Source of the DNA: Eubacteriales bacterium
Lineage (GTDB): Bacteria > Bacillota > Clostridia > Oscillospirales > SIG627
Length of the DNA: 64,000 nt
Reading direction: 5' to 3'
NCBI GenBank assembly: GCA_045597125.1
Contig: JAZODR010000031.1
Span: forward strand, 40,836-104,835
The notes under the pieces are model-generated. The model worked only from the letters and a program-made list of their open reading frames with translations. It did no database searches and was not told where the DNA came from. Below, piece after piece: positions 17,540-28,738 of this stretch. A program made the position numbers and the translations under genes. Position 1 is the first letter of the stretch. Each line of letters begins with the position of its first letter.

Positions 17540-18463
17540 ATGAAGCGTTCATTGCGTGATTATCTGGTTACTCTTTTACTTGGTGTTGTAATATTTTCCG
17601 TAGTTGCCGTGTTTTTGATTCAGGCGGCTGAGGGTTTGATGGAGGATGTAGTGATCAAGATTGGCTCTGAGGCTGATCCTGAGCAAATTCCCGAACAGCA
17701 GGTGACGGCAGAGGAACCGAAAGGCGATGCCCAGGAAGAGGTTCCTGTGGAAAAGGACGTGGCTGCGACCTTCCTTTTGATTGGGCTGGATCATAAAAAG
17801 CAGAATGCGGATGCGATTTTTTTGGTGGGCGTCAATGCTACCAAGAAACAGGCAACCGTAGCACTCATCCCCTCCGATACGGAAGTTTCAGAGGGAGCAA
17901 ACAAGAGTGAGCTTGGCTCTTTGTATGGTTCGCGGGGAATTAATTTTTATAAAACCTTTGTCCAGCAGGAAACTGGCGTTATGGTAGATTATTATGCGGC
18001 TATGCCCATATCCGCCCTTTCCAATCTGATTGATATCTTGGGCGGTATCAGTTACAAGGTTCCGACTACAATGTACTATTATGATCCCTGGCAAAATTTG
18101 AAGATTAATTTAAAGGCGGGGGAGCAGAAGTTAAGCGGAGATCAGGCCTTGCAAATGCTCCGATTCCGCGGTTATTCCAATGGTACTCAAGGAAGAGAGG
18201 ATACGCAGCTCGGTTTTGCTCGTGCTTTTTGCGTTACTTTCTTGACACCGGCGAATTTGACCCGCGCAGGAGCGATTTTGAACAATATGTATTACAATTG
18301 TGAGACTGATTTTTCCGAAGGGGATTTGAAGGAGCTGGGGGAAATGCTGTTTAATATTTCCACCTATACCCAAACCTATACCCGTATCCCCGGTGCTAAA
18401 GGAAACTCCTATTATGCAATCAGCGATTCCCGCGCTAAGGCAATGTTTGAGATTTACCAGTAA
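17540..18463 (+). CDS. LCP (LytR-CpsA-Psr) family glycopolymer ligase
   Basis: An N-terminal TM is followed by TFLLIGLD...ADAIFLVGVN and GDQALQMLRFR. AGGAGG lies 6 nt before the ATG at 17540. Confidence 0.8.
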   Translation: MKRSLRDYLVTLLLGVVIFSVVAVFLIQAAEGLMEDVVIKIGSEADPEQIPEQQVTAEEPKGDAQEEVPVEKDVAATFLLIGLDHKKQNADAIFLVGVNATKKQATVALIPSDTEVSEGANKSELGSLYGSRGINFYKTFVQQETGVMVDYYAAMPISALSNLIDILGGISYKVPTTMYYYDPWQNLKINLKAGEQKLSGDQALQMLRFRGYSNGTQGREDTQLGFARAFCVTFLTPANLTRAGAILNNMYYNCETDFSEGDLKELGEMLFNISTYTQTYTRIPGAKGNSYYAISDSRAKAMFEIYQ

Positions 18464-18489
18464 AAAAGGAGGAACCCACCTCCTTTTTT
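18462..18489 (+). terminator. possible weak terminator
   Basis: 11-bp stem aaaaaaggagg / cctcctttttt with a 6-nt loop. Only 5 of the pairs are G-C. Confidence 0.4.
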
Positions 18490-18512
18490 CTTCTGTAGTG
18501 AAAGGAAATAAA

Positions 18513-21260
18513 ATGGAAGCACCTATCATCTCGGAAGAGCTTTGCTCCTCTTCTGCAGAAAAAAAGAAAAACCGTTTTTGGCTTTTTATAGAGGAAAAGG
18601 GAAAAGGGAATTTGCCCCTTGTCCTTTCGTTCCTTTTGCCTTTTTTGACCTTTTTTGTTTGTCTTGCCATTCAAGGACTTTATCCCTTTGGTGACAATCA
18701 AATTATCAATTATGACGGTTGGCATCAGTATTACCCTTTTGTTTTGAAACTTTGGGATCATTTCCGCGATGGAAGCAGTTTTTTGTACGACTGGTCTATG
18801 GGTATGGGAACCAATTTTCTTTCCATGCTATCCTATTACGGCTCCAGTCCCTTGAACCTTTTGGTACTCTTGGCTCCTGAGCGTGATTTCCGCCTTTTGT
18901 TTCAGTTTTTTGTCATTCTCCGCATTGGCTTGGCAGGACTTTTTATGAGTCTTTTCTTGAAAAAAACGATGAAAAATGCAGGCTTTTCCGTTGCATTTTT
19001 TGCTATGGGATATGCTCTCAGCGGTTATATGATGGGCTATTTCTGGAATAATATGTGGCTGGATACCGTTGCCCTTTATCCTCTTTTGTGTCTGGCAACC
19101 CTGAAACTGTTCCGTGAAGGCAAAAGCAGTTTGTATATCTTCACCCTTGCCCTGAGCCTTTTTTCGAATTACTATATCGGATATATGTGCTGCGTGTTTA
19201 CCGTGCTGGTGTTTTTTGTCCTATGCGTGGTGGATCGTGTCCGTTTTGTGGATTTTTTAAAAAAGGGTCTTCGTTTTGGATTGGCAAGTATTTGGGGTGC
19301 GGCTATGTCGGCGGTGCTTTTGCTCCCCGCTTTTTTTGGGCTTTTGAATACCGCTTCTACCTCGGGCGAGGTTTCTCTTTACGTATCTTTTTACGAATCA
19401 ATTCGCGATCTGATCGCGCCTTTGATCTCTTTCCATGAGCCTGCGGTAATGGATGGACTTCCCAATTTGGCAACGGCGGCAATCATTTCGCTTTTTTCCT
19501 TTGCCTTTTTGTGGGCGAAAAAAATTCATTTTCGGGAAAAGATTTGCGCTTTTCTGGTTCTTGTCTTTTTGCTTTTCTCTATGAATTTCAGCGTGCTGAA
19601 TTATTTTTGGCATGGAATGCATTTTACCAATATGATTCCGTACCGCTTTGCTTTTCTCTTTTCTTTTGCGGTAGTGGTAATGGCATATCGCTATTATAAA
19701 CTGGGGATGGAGGATTTTGACTGGATCGACGCTGTTGGCATGCTCCTTTTTGCGGGTCTTGCCGCATTTTGCGCCCTTGGTTATTACGGCACCTTTGCCA
19801 TTGTGGCAAGCGTAGCGGTTTTTGTGATCGTTATCCTGGCGGCGGTGCTGTATGCAAAAAAGATTGTGCCGAGGAGAGTGTTGGCTGTTGTGGTTTGCTC
19901 GGTTCTTGCGGTAGAGACCGTATCTTCTGCCTGGATTGGAACAAAAGCTGTGGGAAGCAGCAGTTATTCCGGTTACTACGATTTGGAAATCGGTGAAGAG
20001 GTACGGGAACTTGCAGAGCTCGTAGAGGGCAGGGAAGAATTTTCTCAGGATTTTTATCGCCTTGAAACAACCGAGTGGCGCAGTTTGAATGACTCTTGTT
20101 TTTACGATTACAACGGTATCTCCCAGTTCTCCTCTTCTGCAAATCGCAACGTTTCCGCATTTATGCAAGCGCTTGGTATGCCCGCAGATCCGGGCAGCAA
20201 CCGCTTTGTCTATGTTCACGGAACGCCTCTTGCCAATACTGCCTTAGGCATCAAATATCTAATCCACAAGAACGGCTCTTTGACCGATGAGGATTTGACC
20301 TGTATTGTTCCTTCGGACAATCAAAATACTGCTGCTTTGTATGAGAATCAAGGCTTTGCAGGGCTTGGCTTTATGATCGAGGAGGAAGGCGGTTCTTTTT
20401 CCTTTGATATGCTGCAAACTCCCGTTATGCGTCAAAATGAATTGTTCCGCGCTATGACGGGTCTGGAGGGGAATCTTTTGACACAGATTCCTTCTGCACA
20501 AGAAATACATTTGAATCTTGATTCGAAGGAGCTGGGTTACGGTTATTATGAATATACTGCCTCGCCTCTTCCTGCGGGAGAGACCGATCGGGTCTTCAAT
20601 CTCTCCGTGAAGGTTCCTGAAGACGGTATGATTTATATTTATGCAGATGTACCTAAGGCAAGCTATATTCAGGTTAACAATGCTTGGCATGCCATTGACG
20701 AATATCCCAATTTCTTTTCCGCAGGTAAATTTTCCGAAAACGAGACCTTCACCCTTCGCGCCGTTATTGATAATGATGCTTCTGCTGAATTTACCGATCG
20801 CGCCGTATTTTATGTGTGTACCTTGGATGAAGCGCTTTGGCAAGAGGGATTGGCGCGTCTGAAGGATGAGAAATTGGAAATTACCACCTTTGAGGATACC
20901 TATGTGAAAGGTGAGGTCCATGCCAAAAAAGATGGCTATCTGTACACTTCCATTCCTTTCGAGCCTGCCCATAGCTGGCAAGTTCTTTTGGATGGTAAGC
21001 CTGCGGAGATTAAGCCCTTTGCAGGGTCTTTTGTGGGTATTTACGTTCCTGAAGGGGAACATACCGTGGAATTTTCTTATTCGCCTTTAGGATTTGCCAA
21101 GGGGAGATGGATTTCTTTGGTTGCCATCCTTCTTTGGGTGGGACTTGCGGTGTGGGAAAAGCGCGGACATAAACTTTTTCCCGAAAAGTCTTTGCATGGG
21201 AAAGGAGGATGCTTGGATGACCATTCAGAAACTGATGTCCATTACCCGCAAAGGGATTGA
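18513..21260 (+). CDS. YfhO family membrane protein (GT-C fold glycosyltransferase)
   Basis: The N-terminus GLYPFGDNQIINYDGWHQYYPFVLKLWDHF...LYDWSMGMGTNF is typical of YfhO. Many TM helices are followed by a large C-terminal extracytoplasmic domain. Confidence 0.8.
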   Translation: MEAPIISEELCSSSAEKKKNRFWLFIEEKGKGNLPLVLSFLLPFLTFFVCLAIQGLYPFGDNQIINYDGWHQYYPFVLKLWDHFRDGSSFLYDWSMGMGTNFLSMLSYYGSSPLNLLVLLAPERDFRLLFQFFVILRIGLAGLFMSLFLKKTMKNAGFSVAFFAMGYALSGYMMGYFWNNMWLDTVALYPLLCLATLKLFREGKSSLYIFTLALSLFSNYYIGYMCCVFTVLVFFVLCVVDRVRFVDFLKKGLRFGLASIWGAAMSAVLLLPAFFGLLNTASTSGEVSLYVSFYESIRDLIAPLISFHEPAVMDGLPNLATAAIISLFSFAFLWAKKIHFREKICAFLVLVFLLFSMNFSVLNYFWHGMHFTNMIPYRFAFLFSFAVVVMAYRYYKLGMEDFDWIDAVGMLLFAGLAAFCALGYYGTFAIVASVAVFVIVILAAVLYAKKIVPRRVLAVVVCSVLAVETVSSAWIGTKAVGSSSYSGYYDLEIGEEVRELAELVEGREEFSQDFYRLETTEWRSLNDSCFYDYNGISQFSSSANRNVSAFMQALGMPADPGSNRFVYVHGTPLANTALGIKYLIHKNGSLTDEDLTCIVPSDNQNTAALYENQGFAGLGFMIEEEGGSFSFDMLQTPVMRQNELFRAMTGLEGNLLTQIPSAQEIHLNLDSKELGYGYYEYTASPLPAGETDRVFNLSVKVPEDGMIYIYADVPKASYIQVNNAWHAIDEYPNFFSAGKFSENETFTLRAVIDNDASAEFTDRAVFYVCTLDEALWQEGLARLKDEKLEITTFEDTYVKGEVHAKKDGYLYTSIPFEPAHSWQVLLDGKPAEIKPFAGSFVGIYVPEGEHTVEFSYSPLGFAKGRWISLVAILLWVGLAVWEKRGHKLFPEKSLHGKGGCLDDHSETDVHYPQRD

Positions 21261-21951
21261 CGATTTTCATATGATTCCCGAGGGGGCAAAGATTGCCGTC
21301 GGTGTTTCAGGCGGCAAGGATTCTCTTGCTCTTGTAACTGCTCTTGCTCATTTGTCCAAATTTCATCCGTCTCACTTTCAGGTGAAGGCGCTTACGGTGG
21401 ATTTGGGATTTGAGGGAGCTGATTATACTCCTATTGCCAACTATCTTGAAGAGCTGGGCGTGGAGTACCGCGTAATGAAAACTGATATCGGAAAAATCAT
21501 CTTTGATGTGCGGAAGGAAAAAAATCCTTGCGCTCTTTGCGCAAAAATGAAGCGCGGTGTTCTTTGCGACGGTGCCAAGGAAATGGGGTGCGATATCCTT
21601 GCCCTTGCCCATCACAAAGACGATTTGATTGATACCTTTCTCTTGAATCTTTTTTATGCGGGACGGATTGATACGTTTCTGCCTGTGACGGAGTTGACCA
21701 AAACGGGAATTACCGTCATTCGCCCCTTTCTCTATGCGCAGGAAAAGGAATTGGTGTATTTTGCCAATAAAAATCCCATGCCCGTTTGTTCCTCTCTTTG
21801 CCCTGCCGATAAACATACTTCCCGAGAAGATGTAAAAGGCTTGGTGAAAATTCTTGCCCGAGAAAACCCCGATATTAAGGCGAAAATTTTTGGCGCTATC
21901 CTTCGCTCAGGCCTCCTTGAGCGCAAGGAAAACGATACGATTACCCTTTGA
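21217..21951 (+). CDS. ttcA: PP-loop ATPase, tRNA 2-thiocytidine synthase TtcA-like
   Basis: The PP-loop is VGVSGGKDS. Cys motifs CALCAKMKRG and CSSLC are present. AAAGGAGGA lies 7 nt before the ATG at 21217, which overlaps the YfhO 3' end by 44 nt. Confidence 0.7.
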   Translation: MTIQKLMSITRKGIDDFHMIPEGAKIAVGVSGGKDSLALVTALAHLSKFHPSHFQVKALTVDLGFEGADYTPIANYLEELGVEYRVMKTDIGKIIFDVRKEKNPCALCAKMKRGVLCDGAKEMGCDILALAHHKDDLIDTFLLNLFYAGRIDTFLPVTELTKTGITVIRPFLYAQEKELVYFANKNPMPVCSSLCPADKHTSREDVKGLVKILARENPDIKAKIFGAILRSGLLERKENDTITL

Positions 21952-21991
21952 TGGAAAATGTGAAAAAAGTGTTAACAATAATGCAAATTGC

Positions 21992-22019
21992 TTGAATTTT
22001 CCAGTGAACAGGCTATAAT
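21992..22019 (+). promoter_or_regulatory. putative sigma-A promoter of groES-groEL
   Basis: TTGAAT, a 16-nt spacer, then TATAAT. The CIRCE operator lies 14 nt downstream. Confidence 0.55.
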
Positions 22020-22032
22020 AATAACAAAGAGA

Positions 22033-24025
<1,993 letters not shown>

Positions 24026-24040
24026 TTCTGCATCGTTTAA

Positions 24041-24077
24041 AAAATGCTATGGAAGCACAATGCTTCCATAGCATTTT
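24041..24077. terminator. bidirectional intrinsic terminator after groEL
   Basis: 17-bp stem aaaatgctatggaagca / tgcttccatagcatttt with a 3-nt loop and a T-run. It abuts the stop codon of the convergent gene. Confidence 0.85.
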
Positions 24078-25176
24078 ATTTTATTGTTTCACTGTTATTC
24101 AGGACGGAAGTGCTATAAAGAAAGAGAACATCCTGTGAATCGAAACGGATAAAATTTTCCAAAAGCATGGGGTGCAGATAGCGAATGTCCACCAGAGTAA
24201 TTTTGGCGTATTCTTCTACCAGAAGGGGAGCAATGGCGCTTCCGAAGGAATCGCGGAAGAGGATTAATTCTTTTTGCGATTTTGCCTGAGGGTTTTCAAT
24301 GGTTACCAAAGAAAGGGGACCCGAAAGGAAAAGTTCGTAGGGGTCTTTTTCTTCAGCTTTTTTCAAGTTATATACGGAAATTTCTTTGTTGTTCTGAAGG
24401 TCGAAGACCTTGCAGTTTTCAAGGGATTCATTGGTCAGATATCGCAGGGTGTCTGCCTCTGGATTCAGAGCGGATTGTCCGTAATACACTCCGCGAAAAG
24501 GGTGTGGAAGGGTTATGGTTTCATATGTTGCATCTGCGGTTCCGCCCATTTCATGGAGTAGCTTTTCAGCCAAGGGTAAAAGATTTTCCTGTCGCAGATG
24601 AGTGTCGGTTTTATAGAAGTCCTCAAGACTTACCGTACCTCGAAGTTCAATGGGTTTGAGAAAATCAGTCTGTTTGTAAATTCTCTGATAAAGGGCGTCG
24701 TAGTCCGGAGCAGGATATCCGTTTTCCGCTGCGAGAAAAGCATTTTTATCGGGGATGACTGCAAGATATGCATTTACATTGCAATTCTTCAAATACCGTT
24801 CCCAAACGAAGCGGAAGCGCTCTGCCGCCCGATCTACGGAGCTTTCGTTTAAAGGGTAATCCAGTTTTGAAAGGTTCCCATTCACCTCAAATAGTCCATT
24901 GTTATCGCTGCGAAGAAATACTTTACTTGAAACGTTTGCTTTCATGGAGCGGAAGGTTTCTCGCATGGGAAATTGATCTAAGGTATATCCTTCAAAATTT
25001 TCCATAAAACAGCCGTTTAGTATCGTTTGGTAGCTTAAGGGGGGGAACTGCTTTAATGCCCTGCGCTCTGAATCGGAAAAAGCATCTGCAGGACGGAAAA
25101 GTGCCCATAGGGAAAGAAAAGCAAAAAAGAGGAGGCATACCACGGTAGTAGCAATATATTTAATTTTCTCTGTCAT
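24076..25176 (-). CDS. DHHW/AlgJ-AlgX-like SGNH-type O-acyltransferase partner
   Basis: An N-terminal TM is followed by FSDSERRALKQFP, YTLDQFPMRE, KTDTHLR and RDSFG. It lies immediately downstream of an MBOAT gene. Confidence 0.68.
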   Translation of the reverse strand: MTEKIKYIATTVVCLLFFAFLSLWALFRPADAFSDSERRALKQFPPLSYQTILNGCFMENFEGYTLDQFPMRETFRSMKANVSSKVFLRSDNNGLFEVNGNLSKLDYPLNESSVDRAAERFRFVWERYLKNCNVNAYLAVIPDKNAFLAAENGYPAPDYDALYQRIYKQTDFLKPIELRGTVSLEDFYKTDTHLRQENLLPLAEKLLHEMGGTADATYETITLPHPFRGVYYGQSALNPEADTLRYLTNESLENCKVFDLQNNKEISVYNLKKAEEKDPYELFLSGPLSLVTIENPQAKSQKELILFRDSFGSAIAPLLVEEYAKITLVDIRYLHPMLLENFIRFDSQDVLFLYSTSVLNNSETIK

Positions 25177-25185
25177 AGTTGTCTC

Positions 25186-26586
25186 CTAAAAACGGAAATA
25201 CAGGAAGGGATTGAAGGATCCGTCCACCAGATAGGCGGTGATGACGGTCAAAAGTATCACGATTCCCGTAGGTTCCAGAATGATGAGAGCTTTTTTGAAA
25301 AAAGGTATGGTTTGTAAACGGGTGAAAAGTAATTTTGGCAGAGGAGTTGCTCCTACAATACCAAGGAGAAGGATTGGTGCAAAACTGCGGAGCTGATAGA
25401 GAAATTCCTGGGATACCAAGGGAAGAGAAGTGTATCCAAACATCGCCCCGATTCTCTCTCCCGCTTCGGCAAGATTTGCAGAACCGAAAATTACGAAGCT
25501 GATTCCTACGATTACCAGCAGATACACGTGAGAAACAACGCGGGTTCGGTTTAGAAATTTTAGAAGAAACTGCTTTTCCAAAATTAGAAAAATGGCAAAA
25601 TATACGCCCCAAATTACAAAATTCCAAGCAGCACCGTGCCAAATCCCCGTCAAAAACCAAACGGTAAAAATATTTAATAGATGCCTGATAAAGGGAACGC
25701 GATTTCCGCCCATTGGGATGTAAACATAATCGCGGAACCAGGTACCCAGGGACATATGCCACCTTCTCCAGAATTCCGTTGCGCTTTTGGAAATGAAGGG
25801 ATAATTGAAGTTTTCCATAAAGTGGAATCCAAATATTTTTCCCAATCCGATTGCCATATCTGAATAACCGGAAAAATCAAAATACACGTGGAGGCAATAG
25901 GCTACGGTATAAAGCCAGATAAATAAAACCGAATTTTGCTCGGTAGCATAGAACGCATCGCATAATTCACCCAGTACGTTGGCAATGAGAACTTTTTTTG
26001 CCAGTCCTACGGTGAAACGGCGCATTCCCAGAGCAAATTTTTCAAAGCTGTGGGCGCGCTCTTCCAACTGCTTTGCTACGTCCGCGTAGCGAACAATGGG
26101 ACCTGCGATGAGCTGGGGAAACATAGAGATATAAGTACCAAGATGAATGAGATTTCTTTGGGCGGGAACCTCTTTTCGGTATATATCTACCGTGTAGCTG
26201 AGCATCTGGAAAGTGTAAAAACTGATTCCGATGGGCAAAGCAAACCTTAAGAAGGGGAGGGAAAGACCTGTTGCGGCATTGAAATTTTCAATAAAGAAAT
26301 CCGCATACTTGAAAATCCCAAGAAAAGCCAGATTAATGGCCACATTAAAGAACAAGACGGTCTTTTTCCATCTCTTTTGAGAGAAAGCCTCAATCAAGAG
26401 GCCGGAAACGTATCCGATCAAGATTGAGGCTATCATCAGAATCAAAAACTTCGGCTCGCCCCAACCGTAAAATACAAGGCTCATGATAAGAAGAATTGTA
26501 TTTTTCAGTTTTTTCGGCGCGAGAAAGTACAGAAGCAAAACACACGGCAGAAAGTAAAATAAGAAGGGAATACTGGAAAATAGCAT
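25186..26586 (-). CDS. MBOAT family O-acyltransferase (AlgI/DltB-like)
   Basis: The N-terminus is MLFSSIPFLFYFLP...YGWGEP. The conserved His region is FWRRWHMSL. The protein is polytopic. Confidence 0.87.
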   Translation of the reverse strand: MLFSSIPFLFYFLPCVLLLYFLAPKKLKNTILLIMSLVFYGWGEPKFLILMIASILIGYVSGLLIEAFSQKRWKKTVLFFNVAINLAFLGIFKYADFFIENFNAATGLSLPFLRFALPIGISFYTFQMLSYTVDIYRKEVPAQRNLIHLGTYISMFPQLIAGPIVRYADVAKQLEERAHSFEKFALGMRRFTVGLAKKVLIANVLGELCDAFYATEQNSVLFIWLYTVAYCLHVYFDFSGYSDMAIGLGKIFGFHFMENFNYPFISKSATEFWRRWHMSLGTWFRDYVYIPMGGNRVPFIRHLLNIFTVWFLTGIWHGAAWNFVIWGVYFAIFLILEKQFLLKFLNRTRVVSHVYLLVIVGISFVIFGSANLAEAGERIGAMFGYTSLPLVSQEFLYQLRSFAPILLLGIVGATPLPKLLFTRLQTIPFFKKALIILEPTGIVILLTVITAYLVDGSFNPFLYFRF

Positions 26587-26615
26587 TGTTTTCCCCTTTC
26601 TGCTGTATGAAGGAT

Positions 26616-27245
26616 TTATGCCAGGGATTCCTCTACGGTAAGAGCCGCATCAGAACCGAAGGCTTCGCTTAGACCTGTTTCAAAATTGTCGATGGCTTCA
26701 CCGTTGCCGAATGCGGCAACAATGTATTCGCCCTTAACGGTATAGATTACCAGAGTTTCGGGGAAGCCACACATCCACTGGGTGTTTTTGATACTGTCCT
26801 TGAGGGAGGAAGCAAAAGAAGCGGCATCTTCGCTCTTTACGTGGTAGGAAGCGCAGGTAAAGGTGTTTGCATTCATCATATGGGTCAGAGCGCCCGCATC
26901 CAGAACCTTATCAAGATCCTTTTGGCTAATGTGGAAGGTAGAGGTTGTATTTTCTGTATTTTTGATATTAATGTTGCCTGCTTTGCCATCAACAGGTGCA
27001 TCAAAGTCGCCGCCCATTACGGGGAACTGCTTGTCTTCATCCATCTTTTTCCAAGCTTTGTTGATGATGGCGGTGGCGCCGTTTTCTTTTTCGGATTCTT
27101 TGGTTTCATCGGTTTTAACTTCGGTATTGTCCTCGGTTACGGTTACTTTTTCATCGGTTAAAAGTTCTTCTGCGGTTTTTCCGCAGGCTGCCAAGGAAAG
27201 CAGTACGGTAAGCGCTAATAATGCAAATACGATTCTTTTTTTCAT
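26616..27245 (-). CDS. lipoprotein of unknown function
   Basis: Signal peptide with lipobox LSLAAC. It lies upstream of the MBOAT gene on the same strand. Confidence 0.6.
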   Translation of the reverse strand: MKKRIVFALLALTVLLSLAACGKTAEELLTDEKVTVTEDNTEVKTDETKESEKENGATAIINKAWKKMDEDKQFPVMGGDFDAPVDGKAGNINIKNTENTTSTFHISQKDLDKVLDAGALTHMMNANTFTCASYHVKSEDAASFASSLKDSIKNTQWMCGFPETLVIYTVKGEYIVAAFGNGEAIDNFETGLSEAFGSDAALTVEESLA

Positions 27246-27414
27246 TTTTGTTTCTCCTTAGGTTTCGAAATATTTATTTGGTACGGATAAGTTGCCGTGT
27301 ACCCAAAGATTATTTCCCGTTTTGGTATCGTGCTTTTTTGAAGAACGGGATGAATTTATTCTTTCCGTTTTTTTTCCATTTATGCCTAAATTCAGTAAAG
27401 ACAGCGTTATCAAT

Positions 27415-27969
27415 TTAGAAGGCTAGGTCGATGATTTCGCCGTTGTAATATTTTTCGGGGAAGTAGAGCAAGAAGAAGGTGTGCATGGGAAGGGTATCTT
27501 CCGTCTCGTCGGTGGAAATCATAACGGTAATGGCGTTTCCTGCCTGAGCAATGGAGGAGGTTCCGTAGAGAGTGTGTTCTGTGGTACCCGTCAGCTCAAT
27601 GAGAACGCAGGCGCCTGCCTTGTCTTCCAGAATCATCTTTTCATCTGCTTCTGTGAAGTTGGTAAGATAGGCACGATAGGGCTCCAAATCCGCTTTGGAT
27701 TTGATGGTAACCATGGAAAATTGCTCTCTATCCGTTAGTTTCCCGGAGTCGGCAAAGCCCCGCCAAGCGCCGATTTTTCCGAGAAGCTCATCCTCCGGCA
27801 ATTCGTTAAGGATCTCTTCCGTTTCGTTATTGGTTAAGGGGAGAGAGTCGGAAATTTCTTGGGTTTGTGTGGATGAAGGCTCTTTGGCAGTTTTGCAAGC
27901 GGTACAAGCTAAGCATGCAAGACAGGCCAAAAGAAGAAGAAACAGCCGTTTGCATAAGGTAAGTTTCAT
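27415..27969 (-). CDS. lipoprotein of unknown function
   Basis: The hydrophobic N-terminus is LLLLACLACLACTAC (lipobox-like Cys). No other motif was recognised. Confidence 0.55.
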   Translation of the reverse strand: MKLTLCKRLFLLLLACLACLACTACKTAKEPSSTQTQEISDSLPLTNNETEEILNELPEDELLGKIGAWRGFADSGKLTDREQFSMVTIKSKADLEPYRAYLTNFTEADEKMILEDKAGACVLIELTGTTEHTLYGTSSIAQAGNAITVMISTDETEDTLPMHTFFLLYFPEKYYNGEIIDLAF

Positions 27970-28106
27970 AATAAACCTCCAAGATTTGACTTTGTAATAT
28001 TATTATTTTATCATATTTTTCCTCGTTTTACAATAGAATATGAGGAGAAAAGTATGCAAAAATTCCTCTTGGAATCTGTATCAATGGAAAAAAATTCAAA
28101 AAACAC

Positions 28107-28135
28107 TTGCTTTTTTTTGAAAGCTATGATAATAT
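28107..28135 (+). promoter_or_regulatory. putative sigma-A promoter of the rimP-nusA-infB operon
   Basis: TTGCTT, a 17-nt spacer, then an extended -10 TGaTAATAT. Confidence 0.5.
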
Positions 28136-28161
28136 ATTCATATAGTAATAAAGTTGTATGG

Positions 28162-28187
28162 GAGTAGAGTGGTTTTCCGCTCTACTC
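28162..28187 (+). promoter_or_regulatory. leader stem-loop upstream of rimP
   Basis: 11-bp stem gagtagagtgg / ccgctctactc (one G-U pair) with loop tttt, followed by cgctttgct. The GAGTAGA motif recurs at 28199-28205. Confidence 0.4.
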
Positions 28188-28224
28188 GCTTTGCTATGAG
28201 TAGATATTTTTGTGAGGTTTTGAT

Positions 28225-28707
28225 TTGGCTGAAAAGAAAGGTCGCGGTAAAATCGCCGCAACGGTAGAGGAACTGATTCGTCTTCCCGTGCAGAATGCAG
28301 GCTATCTCTTGTGGGACGTGGAATATTATAAGGAAGGCGCAGATTATAATCTTCTTGTGACCATAGAGAATCCCGATCGGGAAAAGCCCATTGATTTGGA
28401 TGACTGCGAAAAAGTTTCCCGCTTGCTCAGTCCCATTCTGGACGAGGCGGATCCCATTCAGGATATGTATTATCTGGAGGTTTCCTCCGCAGGTCTGGAA
28501 CGCACGCTGAACCGTTCGGAGCATTTTGATTTTTATCTGGGCAGTCCCGTATCGGTGCGTCTTTACGCTCCTTTGAACGGAACCAAAAATCTTACGGGAA
28601 TTCTCGTGGCGTACGACGAGGATTCTCTTACCCTTGAGATTGAAGGGGAACAGACCGTTTTGAAAAAAGACGCGGTGGCAAAAGTGCTGACCGTGGAAGA
28701 AATGTAA
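28225..28707 (+). CDS. rimP: ribosome maturation factor RimP
   Basis: LWDVEY...LLVTIE...YYLEVSSAGLERTL. TTG start with a GAGG Shine-Dalgarno. It is the first gene of the conserved operon. Confidence 0.85.
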   Translation: MAEKKGRGKIAATVEELIRLPVQNAGYLLWDVEYYKEGADYNLLVTIENPDREKPIDLDDCEKVSRLLSPILDEADPIQDMYYLEVSSAGLERTLNRSEHFDFYLGSPVSVRLYAPLNGTKNLTGILVAYDEDSLTLEIEGEQTVLKKDAVAKVLTVEEM

Positions 28708-28738
28708 TATTCTGGAAAACAGGAAAGGATACCGGAAC

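Noticed and set aside
28054-28167. A 37-aa small ORF (MQKFLLESVSMEKNSKNTCFFLKAMIIYSYSNKVVWE) with a GAGGAG Shine-Dalgarno 6 nt upstream, in the gap before rimP.
   Set aside because: It lies mostly upstream of the best rimP promoter and overlaps that promoter. No separate promoter is evident. The composition looks like AT-rich intergenic sequence. It cannot be supported without conservation or Ribo-seq data.
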